Origin: Ignicoccus pacificus DSM 13166
Lineage (GTDB): Archaea > Thermoproteota > Thermoprotei_A > Sulfolobales > Ignicoccaceae
Direction: 5' to 3'
DNA length: 32,000 nt
Assembly: GCA_025340205.1 (NCBI GenBank)
Contig: CP006868.1
Location: 750,001 to 782,000 of the forward strand
Made by a program: the position numbers and the translations under genes. The notes under the pieces are model-generated. The model had not been told where the DNA came from and ran no database searches. It worked only from the letters and a program-made list of their open reading frames with translations. Positions within the stretch are counted from its first letter, which is position 1; each line of letters starts with the position of its first letter. This document shows positions 1 to 8,005 of this stretch, one piece after another.

Positions 1-823
1 TTGGGAACAGTTGGTGAGCCTTCATCATCTGTTCGTTATACCACCCCTTTAGAGCGTTAATCGCTTGCGTCTCGTTTTTCACTTGCTTTACAAGTCCGTA
101 TTCCTTCACTACGTTGACAATGTTAACTAACTCCTTTTTAGCGTTTACTAATGCCTCCAAATTAGCTATTATCTTGTGTTCTAGATCGAAGAACTTTTGG
201 GTTTCGTTACCATTCGCTAGCTCTTGCTGTACGTAAGCCAAAGCCAAGCTCTGGTTGTAACCCTTAGTGTAAGTGTGGAAAGCTATCATCACTGGTATCA
301 TGTAAATCTTACCCTCTTTTGCCCAAGTCTCTATCAGCCTACCTCCGCCCTCTAGGTAAAACCTAGCACAGTAGGGACAGAAGGGATCCAGCAGTTCAAT
401 AACCCATAGCGAGCTCTTGGGATTACCCATACCCTTAGGCATCCCACCGAATACTTCGAATAGCTTTTTGGTAAAGTTACCGTGATAAATATACACCGCT
501 ATACCGTTTATCGGAACCAGACAATAAGTAGAGCCGCTGCAGGAGTTATACAGAGGTAGGCCAGCCTTCTTGCAGCTCGCAGCTTGTGCTTGATTAACCT
601 TTACTAAGGCTGCTGGTAACCAGCCGGTATAATCCGGCAGTAACTTAGTTACATTATCGACAAGAACGTCGTTCTTTAGTACCATACCGACCTTAAGCTT
701 CGGGTAGATCTTCTGAGTCAAGCTGTCTATTAGAATTACTGCATTGTGGGATACGTTTACACAGCTCTTGGCAGCGAGAACGAACGCTGCCAACACTAAC
801 AAAGAGACCATGACCTTCTTCAT
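1..823 (-). CDS. Secreted DsbA-like thiol:disulfide oxidoreductase (thioredoxin fold, CPYC site); C-terminus runs off the left window edge
   Basis: Not in the supplied track. I translated the minus strand from the ATG at 823-821: MKKVMVSLLVLAAFVLAAKSC... with a signal-peptide-like N-terminus. I checked every triplet in this frame down to position 2 and found no stop. It contains ...SSLWVIELLDPFCPYCARFYLEGG..., a CxxC placed as in DsbA/thioredoxin-fold proteins. Confidence 0.7.
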   Translation of the reverse strand, partial: MKKVMVSLLVLAAFVLAAKSCVNVSHNAVILIDSLTQKIYPKLKVGMVLKNDVLVDNVTKLLPDYTGWLPAALVKVNQAQAASCKKAGLPLYNSCSGSTYCLVPINGIAVYIYHGNFTKKLFEVFGGMPKGMGNPKSSLWVIELLDPFCPYCARFYLEGGGRLIETWAKEGKIYMIPVMIAFHTYTKGYNQSLALAYVQQELANGNETQKFFDLEHKIIANLEALVNAKKELVNIVNVVKEYGLVKQVKNETQAINALKGWYNEQMMKAHQLFP

Positions 824-848
824 CCTTCGCGACCCTAAGGGAGGATCC

Positions 849-1193
849 TCAACTCCTTAAAGGTATATTTCTTTTCTTCATTGATTCCTTCATAGCCCTT
901 CTCACATGTTCTACGTCTACCGTTAAGTTCCCCGTGGTTCCCTCTTGTACTAGCACGGTCTCCCCATTGATAAAGACCTTCACGGTGGGGATCATGTATA
1001 CTTTCTCTTCATCCATTATTGAGGGGGTTATTGATACATCCACTTCCCTAACTTTACAGTTAAATCCCTCTAACTCTTCCATCATTTTCTCATACAATCT
1101 CTTGCTCTCCTCTATCCAATCTGCAGTGAAAACTACTACGGTTACTCCCTCTTTCTTTTCCTTTTCAAAGTCTTCTTTGTTAATGATTAGCAA
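849..1193 (-). CDS. Thioredoxin-fold protein lacking the CxxC redox motif
   Basis: VTVVVFTADWIEESKRLYEKMMEEL aligns to the thioredoxin VdFwAeWCGPCK region, but WCGPC is replaced by WIEES. The cis-Pro region is retained (YMIPTVKVFINGE). Size is 114 aa. Confidence 0.7.
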   Translation of the reverse strand: MLIINKEDFEKEKKEGVTVVVFTADWIEESKRLYEKMMEELEGFNCKVREVDVSITPSIMDEEKVYMIPTVKVFINGETVLVQEGTTGNLTVDVEHVRRAMKESMKKRNIPLRS

Positions 1194-1235
1194 GTTCCAC
1201 CCTATCGGAGGAATTGGTTCATATATCTAAAAAGA

Positions 1236-1511
1236 TTAGACCAGCTCTAGCTTCTTCAGCCTACCATAGTTGAACATGAGAGTATAACCGCAGTTCTTAC
1301 ATCTGAGCTTGACAACTTGATTTTTAGTCACCTTAGCGAACCTCTTTTGCTCCGGCTTCCTCTGAGAACCGTATCCCTCTTGCTTCCTCCTATATCTCCT
1401 CTCTCCGAGAGCGAGAGCCCTCCTCTTTCCATGTTTATAGACAGTGACGGAGTGCGGAGTGTGAGTCTTGCACCTTGGACAATACCTCCTTATCTCCTTG
1501 GGTACCTTCAT
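1236..1511 (-). CDS. rpl44e: 50S ribosomal protein L44e (eL42)
   Basis: 91 aa and strongly basic. It has a split zinc ribbon (CPRC ... CKNC) and the characteristic KRRALALGERRYRRKQEGYGSQRKP segment. Confidence 0.9.
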   Translation of the reverse strand: MKVPKEIRRYCPRCKTHTPHSVTVYKHGKRRALALGERRYRRKQEGYGSQRKPEQKRFAKVTKNQVVKLRCKNCGYTLMFNYGRLKKLELV

Positions 1512-1612
1512 CTCGTCTGACCCCCGAAACCCTCACAACTTAAGGTAAAATAAGGGTTCCGAGTACCCCACACTCTAAAGATTACATGATCAAACCCCTC
1601 TCGGGGATGTGA

Positions 1613-2236
1613 TTGGACGTACAGAGTCACCCTACCAGCGTCAAGTTATTGAAAGAGGAAATCGTGAAATGTCCTGTTTGCCATGAGAACAAGATGAAGG
1701 TCAGCATATATCAATATGATATGCCGTTGATGGGACCAGTAATAGTAGTCGTTGGCAAGTGCGAGAGCTGTGGTTATAAGTTCGTGGACATAAAAACCGT
1801 CGAAAGTAAAGGGAGACAAGAGATAGTGTTCAAAGTAGACAAGGAGGAGGATCTAAATACCTTAGTGTTGAGATCCTCTACGGCATCTCTAGAGATACCG
1901 GAACTGGAGGCTGAAATAGCACCGGGGCCCGTCTCTCAGGGCTTCCTCACCACAGTCGAGGGTGTCCTTCAAAGGTTCAAGGATATACTCAACTTCTTGT
2001 GTAAGGACGCTAGAGATGAGAAAGAAAAGAAGGAATGTGAGGAGAGATTAAAGCGATTAGAAGAAATGCTATCGGGTAAAAGGGAGTTTACAATAATTAT
2101 AAGGGACCCCGAAGGTTATAGCAAAATAGCAAGTGAAAAGGCTCAAGAGAAAATAGAGAAGGGCGATGACGTAATAGCTCCCTATGCGAATGATGAGCGC
2201 ACGGCACGAGGAGGAGCCTCGGGTGACGAGAAATGA
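1613..2236 (+). CDS. ZPR1-type zinc-finger protein
   Basis: CPVC-x-CESCGY zinc ribbon followed by the ZPR1-like segment LVLRSSTASLEIPELEAEIAPGP..GFLTTVEGVL. The TTG at 1613 directly follows an in-frame TGA, so the start is this TTG or a downstream GTG just before the CPVC. Confidence 0.75.
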   Translation: MDVQSHPTSVKLLKEEIVKCPVCHENKMKVSIYQYDMPLMGPVIVVVGKCESCGYKFVDIKTVESKGRQEIVFKVDKEEDLNTLVLRSSTASLEIPELEAEIAPGPVSQGFLTTVEGVLQRFKDILNFLCKDARDEKEKKECEERLKRLEEMLSGKREFTIIIRDPEGYSKIASEKAQEKIEKGDDVIAPYANDERTARGGASGDEK

Positions 2237-2460
2237 AGCTTGTAGACGTACCAGCTGGAACCACGGTGGTGGTAAAGTCAATACCCGCCGGTCTGGGTGC
2301 TTCCATAACGTTGAGAGAGTTGGGTATAGTAGAAGGGGCTAAGGTCAAGGTAATCAGAAACTCCCCTTTTGGAGGACCTTTGATAGTAGAGGTCAACGGC
2401 GCGCGTTATGCGCTTGGTCGAGGACTGGCCAGCAAAGTTGAAGTAGAACCACTCCACTAG
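2233..2460 (+). CDS. Stand-alone FeoA-domain protein (SH3-like)
   Basis: 75 aa. VKSIPAGLGASITLRELGIVEGAKVKVIRNSPFGGPLIVEVNGARYALGRGLASKVEV matches the FeoA domain pattern. Its ATG overlaps the ZPR1 stop (ATGA). No FeoB is present in the window. Confidence 0.7.
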   Translation: MKLVDVPAGTTVVVKSIPAGLGASITLRELGIVEGAKVKVIRNSPFGGPLIVEVNGARYALGRGLASKVEVEPLH

Positions 2461-2478
2461 AGTATTGGTAATGAAGTC

Positions 2479-2781
2479 ATGATAAGGATAAAGATAACGG
2501 GTACTATACTAATACTGTTCTCCATACTATTATTCATCTTCATGTCATATTCCTTCATAGCACCTAACGGCATAGCCTTCGAGATAGTGAGAGTCATTCT
2601 CTGGATATATACTATACTGTTCTCTATTTTCGTGGGTTGGATCGGTCTAATTCTACTAAGAAGCAAAGAGCCTCTTCCCGTGGAGCAGCTGAAGAAAGAA
2701 ATAGAACAAGAAGTGGAGAGGATCAGAAGAGAAGCAATAGAGGCTGCGATGAAATCTGGTAGAGAAGATAACGAAAAATAA
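2479..2781 (+). CDS. Small membrane protein (2 TM helices plus a charged C-terminal helix)
   Basis: Two long hydrophobic stretches are followed by KKEIEQEVERIRREAIEAAMKSGREDNEK. I recognise no family. Confidence 0.5.
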   Translation: MIRIKITGTILILFSILLFIFMSYSFIAPNGIAFEIVRVILWIYTILFSIFVGWIGLILLRSKEPLPVEQLKKEIEQEVERIRREAIEAAMKSGREDNEK

Positions 2782-2883
2782 ATAAAGACATATACACATA
2801 ATGCAGTATATGGTACGTATATGTACCTAATTTATTAACTACTCCAGCCGAGTTGTGATCGGTGAGATAGAGTGAAGGCAGTA

Positions 2884-2982
2884 ATGGTAAAGAAGCCGTT
2901 GATATTGCAGCTACCCCCAGAGGACGTGGCCGAGGAGTTGTTCCCCATAGAGGAAGAGGTAAGCCTCGAAGAGACCAACTAA
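2884..2982 (+). CDS. Possible 32-aa acidic micro-ORF (MVKKPLILQLPPEDVAEELFPIEEEVSLEETN)
   Basis: Hand-translated from the 295-bp gap. An AT-rich promoter-like stretch lies upstream (2782-2850). A GTG at 2872 is an alternative start. There is no homology evidence. Confidence 0.2.
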   Translation: MVKKPLILQLPPEDVAEELFPIEEEVSLEETN

Positions 2983-3076
2983 AGAGCTGAACTGTCAATT
3001 TTTATAGAATCTTATATTTTAGCTCAGATTACTTAAATATTGCTTCTTCCTTCCACACCGAGGGCTAGTACTAAAA

Positions 3077-4801
3077 ATGAGGAGACTCGACCGACGGGGT
3101 ACGCCGTTCCTATTCGATTTAGAGACGGTGGCTCTCTCAATAATAATAGGCCTCGTTGCTGGAATAGTGACCGCCGTTTTCACTGATCTATTTGTTTGGA
3201 GCGATAGATATAGGTATTATCTACTCCATCGTGATCCATGGATCTATGTATCCTTGGCATATGGTTTAATACTATTGGTGGCATATACTCTAAGAAGGTT
3301 CCTAGGAACAATTCATGGCTCCTCCACCTCGTACGTCGTTAAGTCGTATCATTGGAAGCTCGGTTACGTTGGTCGTAAGGAACTGATCATTTACACGTTA
3401 GGTGCCTTAGCTTCTGTTCTCGCCGGCGCCGTGGTGGGCCCCGAAGGACCGGGCATAGCGCTAGGTGCTTTCTTCGGCTACTGGATCTCACGAAAAAGTG
3501 GTTTACATGGTGAAGAGCTCCGAAAAATGACTCTCGTTGGAGCGGCTGCCGGAATCGCATCCGTCTTTAGAGCACCCTTAACGGCTATGGCTTTCGCCAT
3601 AGAAGTTCCCTATAAGAGGTCGCTGGAAACTGGCGTATTCATGCCAGCACTAATAGCGACGTTTACCTCATACATAGTTACAGTTGCCATCGCTGGTCCC
3701 CAAAGATTGCTCTTACGCATAAAACCATTCAAGCCTCCCATGCCCAGTGCAGATATAATTTCTTCATCGATAGGGCTGGGTATAACTGCCGCCGCCTTGG
3801 TTTACCTAATGTACTTTATAAAGCACTACTTTGGAGAGATTTCAGAGAAATATGGGAAGAGCAAATACTGGTTCGTCTTCCCGCTGATCCTTGCGACCCT
3901 AGTGGTCGTAAGCGCTCTCTACATATCAGAACATATTCCGGGATCCGGCGATGTGCTTACTGAAGAGATCTTCAACAAGCCAGAGGAGTTCACGTTACCA
4001 GTACTTCTGATAATATTGTTAGGAAGATCTTCACTCTTACCCTTATCATTGACGTGGGGAGCTACTGGAGGTCTCTTCATGCCATTAGTTTCGATTGGTG
4101 CAGTACTTGGCCTCTTCTACGCATTACTGCTTCACGTACCACCAGCCCACATTTACCCATTGATGCTGGCCGGCGTCTCCGCGGTCTTCAGCGGAGGCCA
4201 AAAGACACTAATGACGAGCATATTCATTGGAGTTGAGTTCCTAGGTTTCGGAGCGTTCTTCTCATCCACTATAGCCGCGGCAACTGCATACTTACTCACG
4301 CTAAACGTGAGCCTAATCGCGGGTCAACTGCCGGAGGTCCAAGACCCTAAGAAGAGGACGTTAATGGAGCTTATCGACAAGCTCATGAGTAAGAGAGATC
4401 TAAAGGACAAACTGAAGATGAAGGTTGTAGAAGTTGCCAACAAAAAGGTGACAAGGCTATTAGATGAGATGACCGTAAAGGAAGCACTAGTTATTATAGA
4501 AAAGGACTTACACAACAACTACCCCGTGGTGAACAGGGATGATGTGCTAGTAGGTGAGGTATCCCTAGAAGTTCTGGTAACCGAGTCCCCTGATTCCAAA
4601 CTGAGGGACCTGATGATCTATCCAGTATTCGTCTATGAGGACGACGAGATCCAAAAGCTCCTCTCCTTGATGCTCTCAAGTAACACGGATAGAGTATACG
4701 TGATAAACAAGGAGAGAAAGTTGGTCGGTGTGGTAAGCAAGACAGACTTGCTAAAGTATGCGTTAAAGAACATAGTAAAAAGCTTCATATATCGAAAATA
4801 G
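3077..4801 (+). CDS. ClC family chloride channel/antiporter with a C-terminal CBS pair
   Basis: ClC motifs are GPEGPGIALGAFFG (GxEGP, gating Glu present) and GGLFMPLVSIGAVLG (GxFxP). The first motif reads HGSSTSY, 40 residues upstream, where GSGIPE is expected. The C-terminal ~150 aa contain two CBS-like repeats (VVEVANKKV..., YPVFVYEDD...VGVVSKTDLL). Confidence 0.85.
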   Translation: MRRLDRRGTPFLFDLETVALSIIIGLVAGIVTAVFTDLFVWSDRYRYYLLHRDPWIYVSLAYGLILLVAYTLRRFLGTIHGSSTSYVVKSYHWKLGYVGRKELIIYTLGALASVLAGAVVGPEGPGIALGAFFGYWISRKSGLHGEELRKMTLVGAAAGIASVFRAPLTAMAFAIEVPYKRSLETGVFMPALIATFTSYIVTVAIAGPQRLLLRIKPFKPPMPSADIISSSIGLGITAAALVYLMYFIKHYFGEISEKYGKSKYWFVFPLILATLVVVSALYISEHIPGSGDVLTEEIFNKPEEFTLPVLLIILLGRSSLLPLSLTWGATGGLFMPLVSIGAVLGLFYALLLHVPPAHIYPLMLAGVSAVFSGGQKTLMTSIFIGVEFLGFGAFFSSTIAAATAYLLTLNVSLIAGQLPEVQDPKKRTLMELIDKLMSKRDLKDKLKMKVVEVANKKVTRLLDEMTVKEALVIIEKDLHNNYPVVNRDDVLVGEVSLEVLVTESPDSKLRDLMIYPVFVYEDDEIQKLLSLMLSSNTDRVYVINKERKLVGVVSKTDLLKYALKNIVKSFIYRK

Positions 4802-4818
4802 CTTGATTTGTGAGAAAA

Positions 4819-5211
4819 CTAACCCCTATGAGCCCTTACCGCCGCGATAGTGTTATCGGATATACCGTGAGTCTTCATCAATTCTTCGTTTACGTGAACC
4901 TCGTTCAACGGTACTTTTTCGTCTTTTATAGCAGTAAAGACAAACTTCTTACCGGAGACGGCTATCTCTAGCTTGTCTCCTATGCCTAGCTCTTGAGCGA
5001 GCTGCGTGTTTATCTTAGCCTTCTCCGGAGGAACATCACTCCACCTTAATCTTATTCTCTTCTCTCTTGCTCTCGAGGCACGCTGTTTTAGAGCGCTGGC
5101 TGGAGGCACCAGAGCAGCCAAGGCCTTAATATCAACCTTCTTCTTTTGTTGAGTCTCTTCATTCTTTACGTTCTCCTCGCTCACGCACTTCACCATGGGG
5201 TTATACGGCAA
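4819..5211 (-). CDS. Hypothetical protein: Lys/Arg-rich N-terminal half plus a CDC48-N/AbrB-like cradle-loop barrel C-terminal half
   Basis: The C-terminal AKINTQLAQELGIGDKLEIAVSGKKFVFTAIKDEKVPLNEVHVNEELMKTHGISDNTIAAVRA follows the pattern of VAT-N/CDC48-N double-psi barrels (..LGv..GD.veI.g.k.t.a.v....d...ir.d...r.n.gvs.gd.v.vr.a). The N-terminus is low-complexity and basic. Confidence 0.5.
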   Translation of the reverse strand: MPYNPMVKCVSEENVKNEETQQKKKVDIKALAALVPPASALKQRASRAREKRIRLRWSDVPPEKAKINTQLAQELGIGDKLEIAVSGKKFVFTAIKDEKVPLNEVHVNEELMKTHGISDNTIAAVRAHRG

Positions 5212-5299
5212 TTGGGAGAAAAACTTACGCTGATTTCGCCAATTATCTCAACAACTATTCCTATAGCTTCTCTACGTTACCCTTACTCGGTCCACACAG

Positions 5300-6253
5300 A
5301 TGAGTGAGGTACTGCTCCTAGGAGGTTACGGAGGTCATACTGGTCAAGCTCTAGGAATAGCTAAGTATCTACGGGAGAAGGGAATAGAATTTGATGTACT
5401 GACGCTCGAGGGTACCGAGAGGAGATATGCTGACTCCGGTGCAAGGAGAATTATGACTACGAAGCAGTTCTTAGAGCCTACCACAGGTAAGTTCCTTCCT
5501 TTGAGTATCCCTAAGATATTGATAGATACCTTGAAATTAGGTAAATACAAAGTCGTAATAGCCAATGGGAGCGTCTTCGCTCTACCACCAACGTTCTTAC
5601 TAAAGCTGAGGGGTTCCAAAATAATAAACGTAGAGACCATAGACGCCGTTGTGGAACCGAGTAGAGCACCCAAAATAATTCATAGATACGCAGACGTAAC
5701 ATTTGTCCAATGGCCTGAACTCAAGAGACATTATCCTAATGCTTTAGTTAGTGGACCCATCTTCGAGCCACTGAAGTATGAGCCGGAAGAAGGTGATTAC
5801 ATCTTAGTCACAGCAGGGACGAAAGGCTACAAGGATTTATTCGATGCAGTAGTGAGACAATTTGATAAAGAAGAAATCGTGTTACAAGTAGGTAAAATGC
5901 CTATAGATAGGTACAAGGATAAGGCCAAGGTAGTCTTCTCTTTCTCTTACGATTTCCATAAGTGGTTAGCCAAAGCCAAGGCCGTGATAACCACTTTTCC
6001 TAGCTCCACAGCCGCTATAGCTAGCTTAGGGTTCCGAAAACCTACAGTAATAGTACCTCATTACGGACATAGAGCTGTTCCAATGAGTAATATGGAGCCA
6101 TTTGCTAAGAAGACCGGTTGTGTTATAGCAAACCTTAATGAGCTAAAGGAGGCTGTAGAGAAAGCTATACGATCAAGGGCTTCGATGCCTAAATACGAAC
6201 ACGGTGGTAAGAAGGTAGCTGAGAAGGTCTTAGAGCTATTGGAAGAGTCTTGA
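5300..6253 (+). CDS. GT28-like glycosyltransferase, Agl24 / fused Alg14-Alg13-like (N-glycan chitobiose-core type)
   Basis: N-terminal LLLGGYGGHTGQAL is a GGxGGH motif (His13). NVETIDAV (Glu112) matches the Alg14-type ES motif. Size is 317 aa. The GT call is solid; the Agl24 assignment is an inference. Confidence 0.7.
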   Translation: MSEVLLLGGYGGHTGQALGIAKYLREKGIEFDVLTLEGTERRYADSGARRIMTTKQFLEPTTGKFLPLSIPKILIDTLKLGKYKVVIANGSVFALPPTFLLKLRGSKIINVETIDAVVEPSRAPKIIHRYADVTFVQWPELKRHYPNALVSGPIFEPLKYEPEEGDYILVTAGTKGYKDLFDAVVRQFDKEEIVLQVGKMPIDRYKDKAKVVFSFSYDFHKWLAKAKAVITTFPSSTAAIASLGFRKPTVIVPHYGHRAVPMSNMEPFAKKTGCVIANLNELKEAVEKAIRSRASMPKYEHGGKKVAEKVLELLEES

Positions 6254-6269
6254 AAGACACCAGGGAAGT

Positions 6270-6345
<76 letters not shown>

Positions 6346-6484
6346 AAGACCCAAGCTCATGGGAAGGAAGAGAGTTTTTAAGATATCGCGTTAGTTTTCT
6401 ATCCTTATCTATAAGAGATTGCTGTCTAATATGAAATTAACGGTACATCGTTAAATAAGGCTGAAAGGAACTGTCTCACTTGCT

Positions 6485-6916
6485 ATGCTAACAGAGGGAA
6501 CTATTATCATAATCGATCTAGATAATTTTTCTGAAATGATTAAACAGAAAGGCTGGAGTGAATGGAGGCCTAATGACGCTACAGCGCTTTTAACTACCCT
6601 GGTTCACGATCTCGTCAACAAGTGGAGTGCTCACGTGATATGGGGATTAGACGAGGAAAGAGGCACAGAGGAAGTGATTATAGAAATACCCCTCGTAGAG
6701 CCTTCAGAACTTAAAGAGGATCTAGAATACATAAGAAGAAGGTTAAATGAAATAGGCGTAGGAGTTAGCATCGTTGCTATAAAGGATTTCGTAGGGGTGG
6801 ACAGAGCTACTCAGAGGCGAGATGCTTACAAGTCTACGCCAGGGAGGCGTAGAGCGTTGAAATTACTAAAAGCTCTAAAGAGGCGTGGAGGTAACGCCGT
6901 TCTCATCGTTGACTAG
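6485..6916 (+). CDS. Hypothetical 143-aa protein with a nucleotide-cyclase/GGDEF-like palm motif pattern and a basic C-terminal tail
   Basis: TIIIIDLDNF (beta strand plus DxD), then a helix, then HVIWGLDEERGTEEVIIEIP (hairpin with an acidic turn), then a helix and VGVSIVAIKD. The tail is RRDAYKSTPGRRRALKLLKALKRRGG. Confidence 0.55.
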   Translation: MLTEGTIIIIDLDNFSEMIKQKGWSEWRPNDATALLTTLVHDLVNKWSAHVIWGLDEERGTEEVIIEIPLVEPSELKEDLEYIRRRLNEIGVGVSIVAIKDFVGVDRATQRRDAYKSTPGRRRALKLLKALKRRGGNAVLIVD

Positions 6917-7947
6917 AGCGGCCAATATTCTCTTAACTCATTTATTACTTCTTGAATGTAATAATCTATCTCATCTTCTGGGAGTCTTTCCTTACGCGGT
7001 TTCTCACTGAACAATGGAACTTCTCCTGCACTCAAGACGTTTAGAGTGCTCTTAGCTACGACCCACTCCACATAACCTCCTTCCAAGGCCACTGCGATGG
7101 GTATGCCCAAACTCTCAGCAAAAGCATATATCTCATTGACTAAGCTCCATTGACCGTTTATGGTGAGTTCAAACTCTGCTAAGGGATCTTCCCAATGTGT
7201 ATCCCAGCCCGCCGAGACCAGTATCACGTTTGGGCTATATGCCTCCAATATTGGTAATATAATTTTATCGAAAGCCTTCAGTATCTCATTGTCCCCCGTT
7301 CCGGGAGGTAAGGCTATGTTGACCGTGTAACCTTCTCCCTTCCCCTTACCTTTCTGGCTAGGAAATCCTTCGAACGGATAAAGAGTTCTAGGGTCTTGGT
7401 GTGTACTTATGTAAAGTACTTCATCAGTGTTATAGAACATATAGGCCGTACCGTCTCCCCAATGTACGTCGATGTCTACTATGGCTACTTTCAGTCCCTT
7501 TCTCCTAAGCTTCTCGGCCGCTAAAGCAACGTTGTTAAACAAACAAAACCCTCTACCTTGAGCTCTCCTAGCATGGTGCCCTGGAGGTCTCACTGCTGCA
7601 ACTGCTAGGTAATACCTGCCTTCAATGACTTTCTCAGCAGCATAAGATACTGATCCTGCAGCGGCAAGTGCTGGTTCCCAACTGTCCTTGCTAACATAGG
7701 TATCCGGATCGAGCATTCCTCCCCCACTTTCGATCAATTCCTTTACATAGGTGATATACTCCTTATCATGGATTAGTTCTAGATCCTCCTCCTTTGCCAT
7801 TACCGGGGAAATTACTTCAGCTAAATCATGTATGTTTGTGTTTTTCATTAGGTTAAGTATGGCTGCTATTCTATTAGGATTCTCTGGGTGTTTGAAGGGT
7901 GGTCTATGTTTTAAGAAGACGTCTCCTATGATCAGGACTCTTTCCAT
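6913..7947 (-). CDS. Histone deacetylase superfamily enzyme (AcuC / acetylpolyamine amidohydrolase-like)
   Basis: RPPGHHA, FCLFNNVA, DIDVHWGDGT and EGGY motifs of the arginase-fold HDAC family. Its stop shares the palindrome CTAG (6913-6916) with the stop of the convergent 143-aa ORF. Confidence 0.85.
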   Translation of the reverse strand: MERVLIIGDVFLKHRPPFKHPENPNRIAAILNLMKNTNIHDLAEVISPVMAKEEDLELIHDKEYITYVKELIESGGGMLDPDTYVSKDSWEPALAAAGSVSYAAEKVIEGRYYLAVAAVRPPGHHARRAQGRGFCLFNNVALAAEKLRRKGLKVAIVDIDVHWGDGTAYMFYNTDEVLYISTHQDPRTLYPFEGFPSQKGKGKGEGYTVNIALPPGTGDNEILKAFDKIILPILEAYSPNVILVSAGWDTHWEDPLAEFELTINGQWSLVNEIYAFAESLGIPIAVALEGGYVEWVVAKSTLNVLSAGEVPLFSEKPRKERLPEDEIDYYIQEVINELREYWPL

Positions 7948-8005
7948 TTATTTTGCCCTGAGAGGGAAGAATAACATAAAATAAAAATCATGTGTTGTAA
8001 TGTTT

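Noticed and set aside
2069-2396. Two minus-strand ORFs (70 and 99 aa) over the ZPR1/FeoA junction
   Set aside because: They are antisense to two genes with clear family signatures, so they are shadow frames.
2723-2998. 91-aa minus-strand ORF spanning the 2782-3076 gap
   Set aside because: It overlaps the end of the 2479-2781 gene and crosses an AT-rich promoter-like stretch. It is Pro/Leu/Ser-rich and implausible as a protein. The plus-strand micro-ORF is the better, though still weak, reading.
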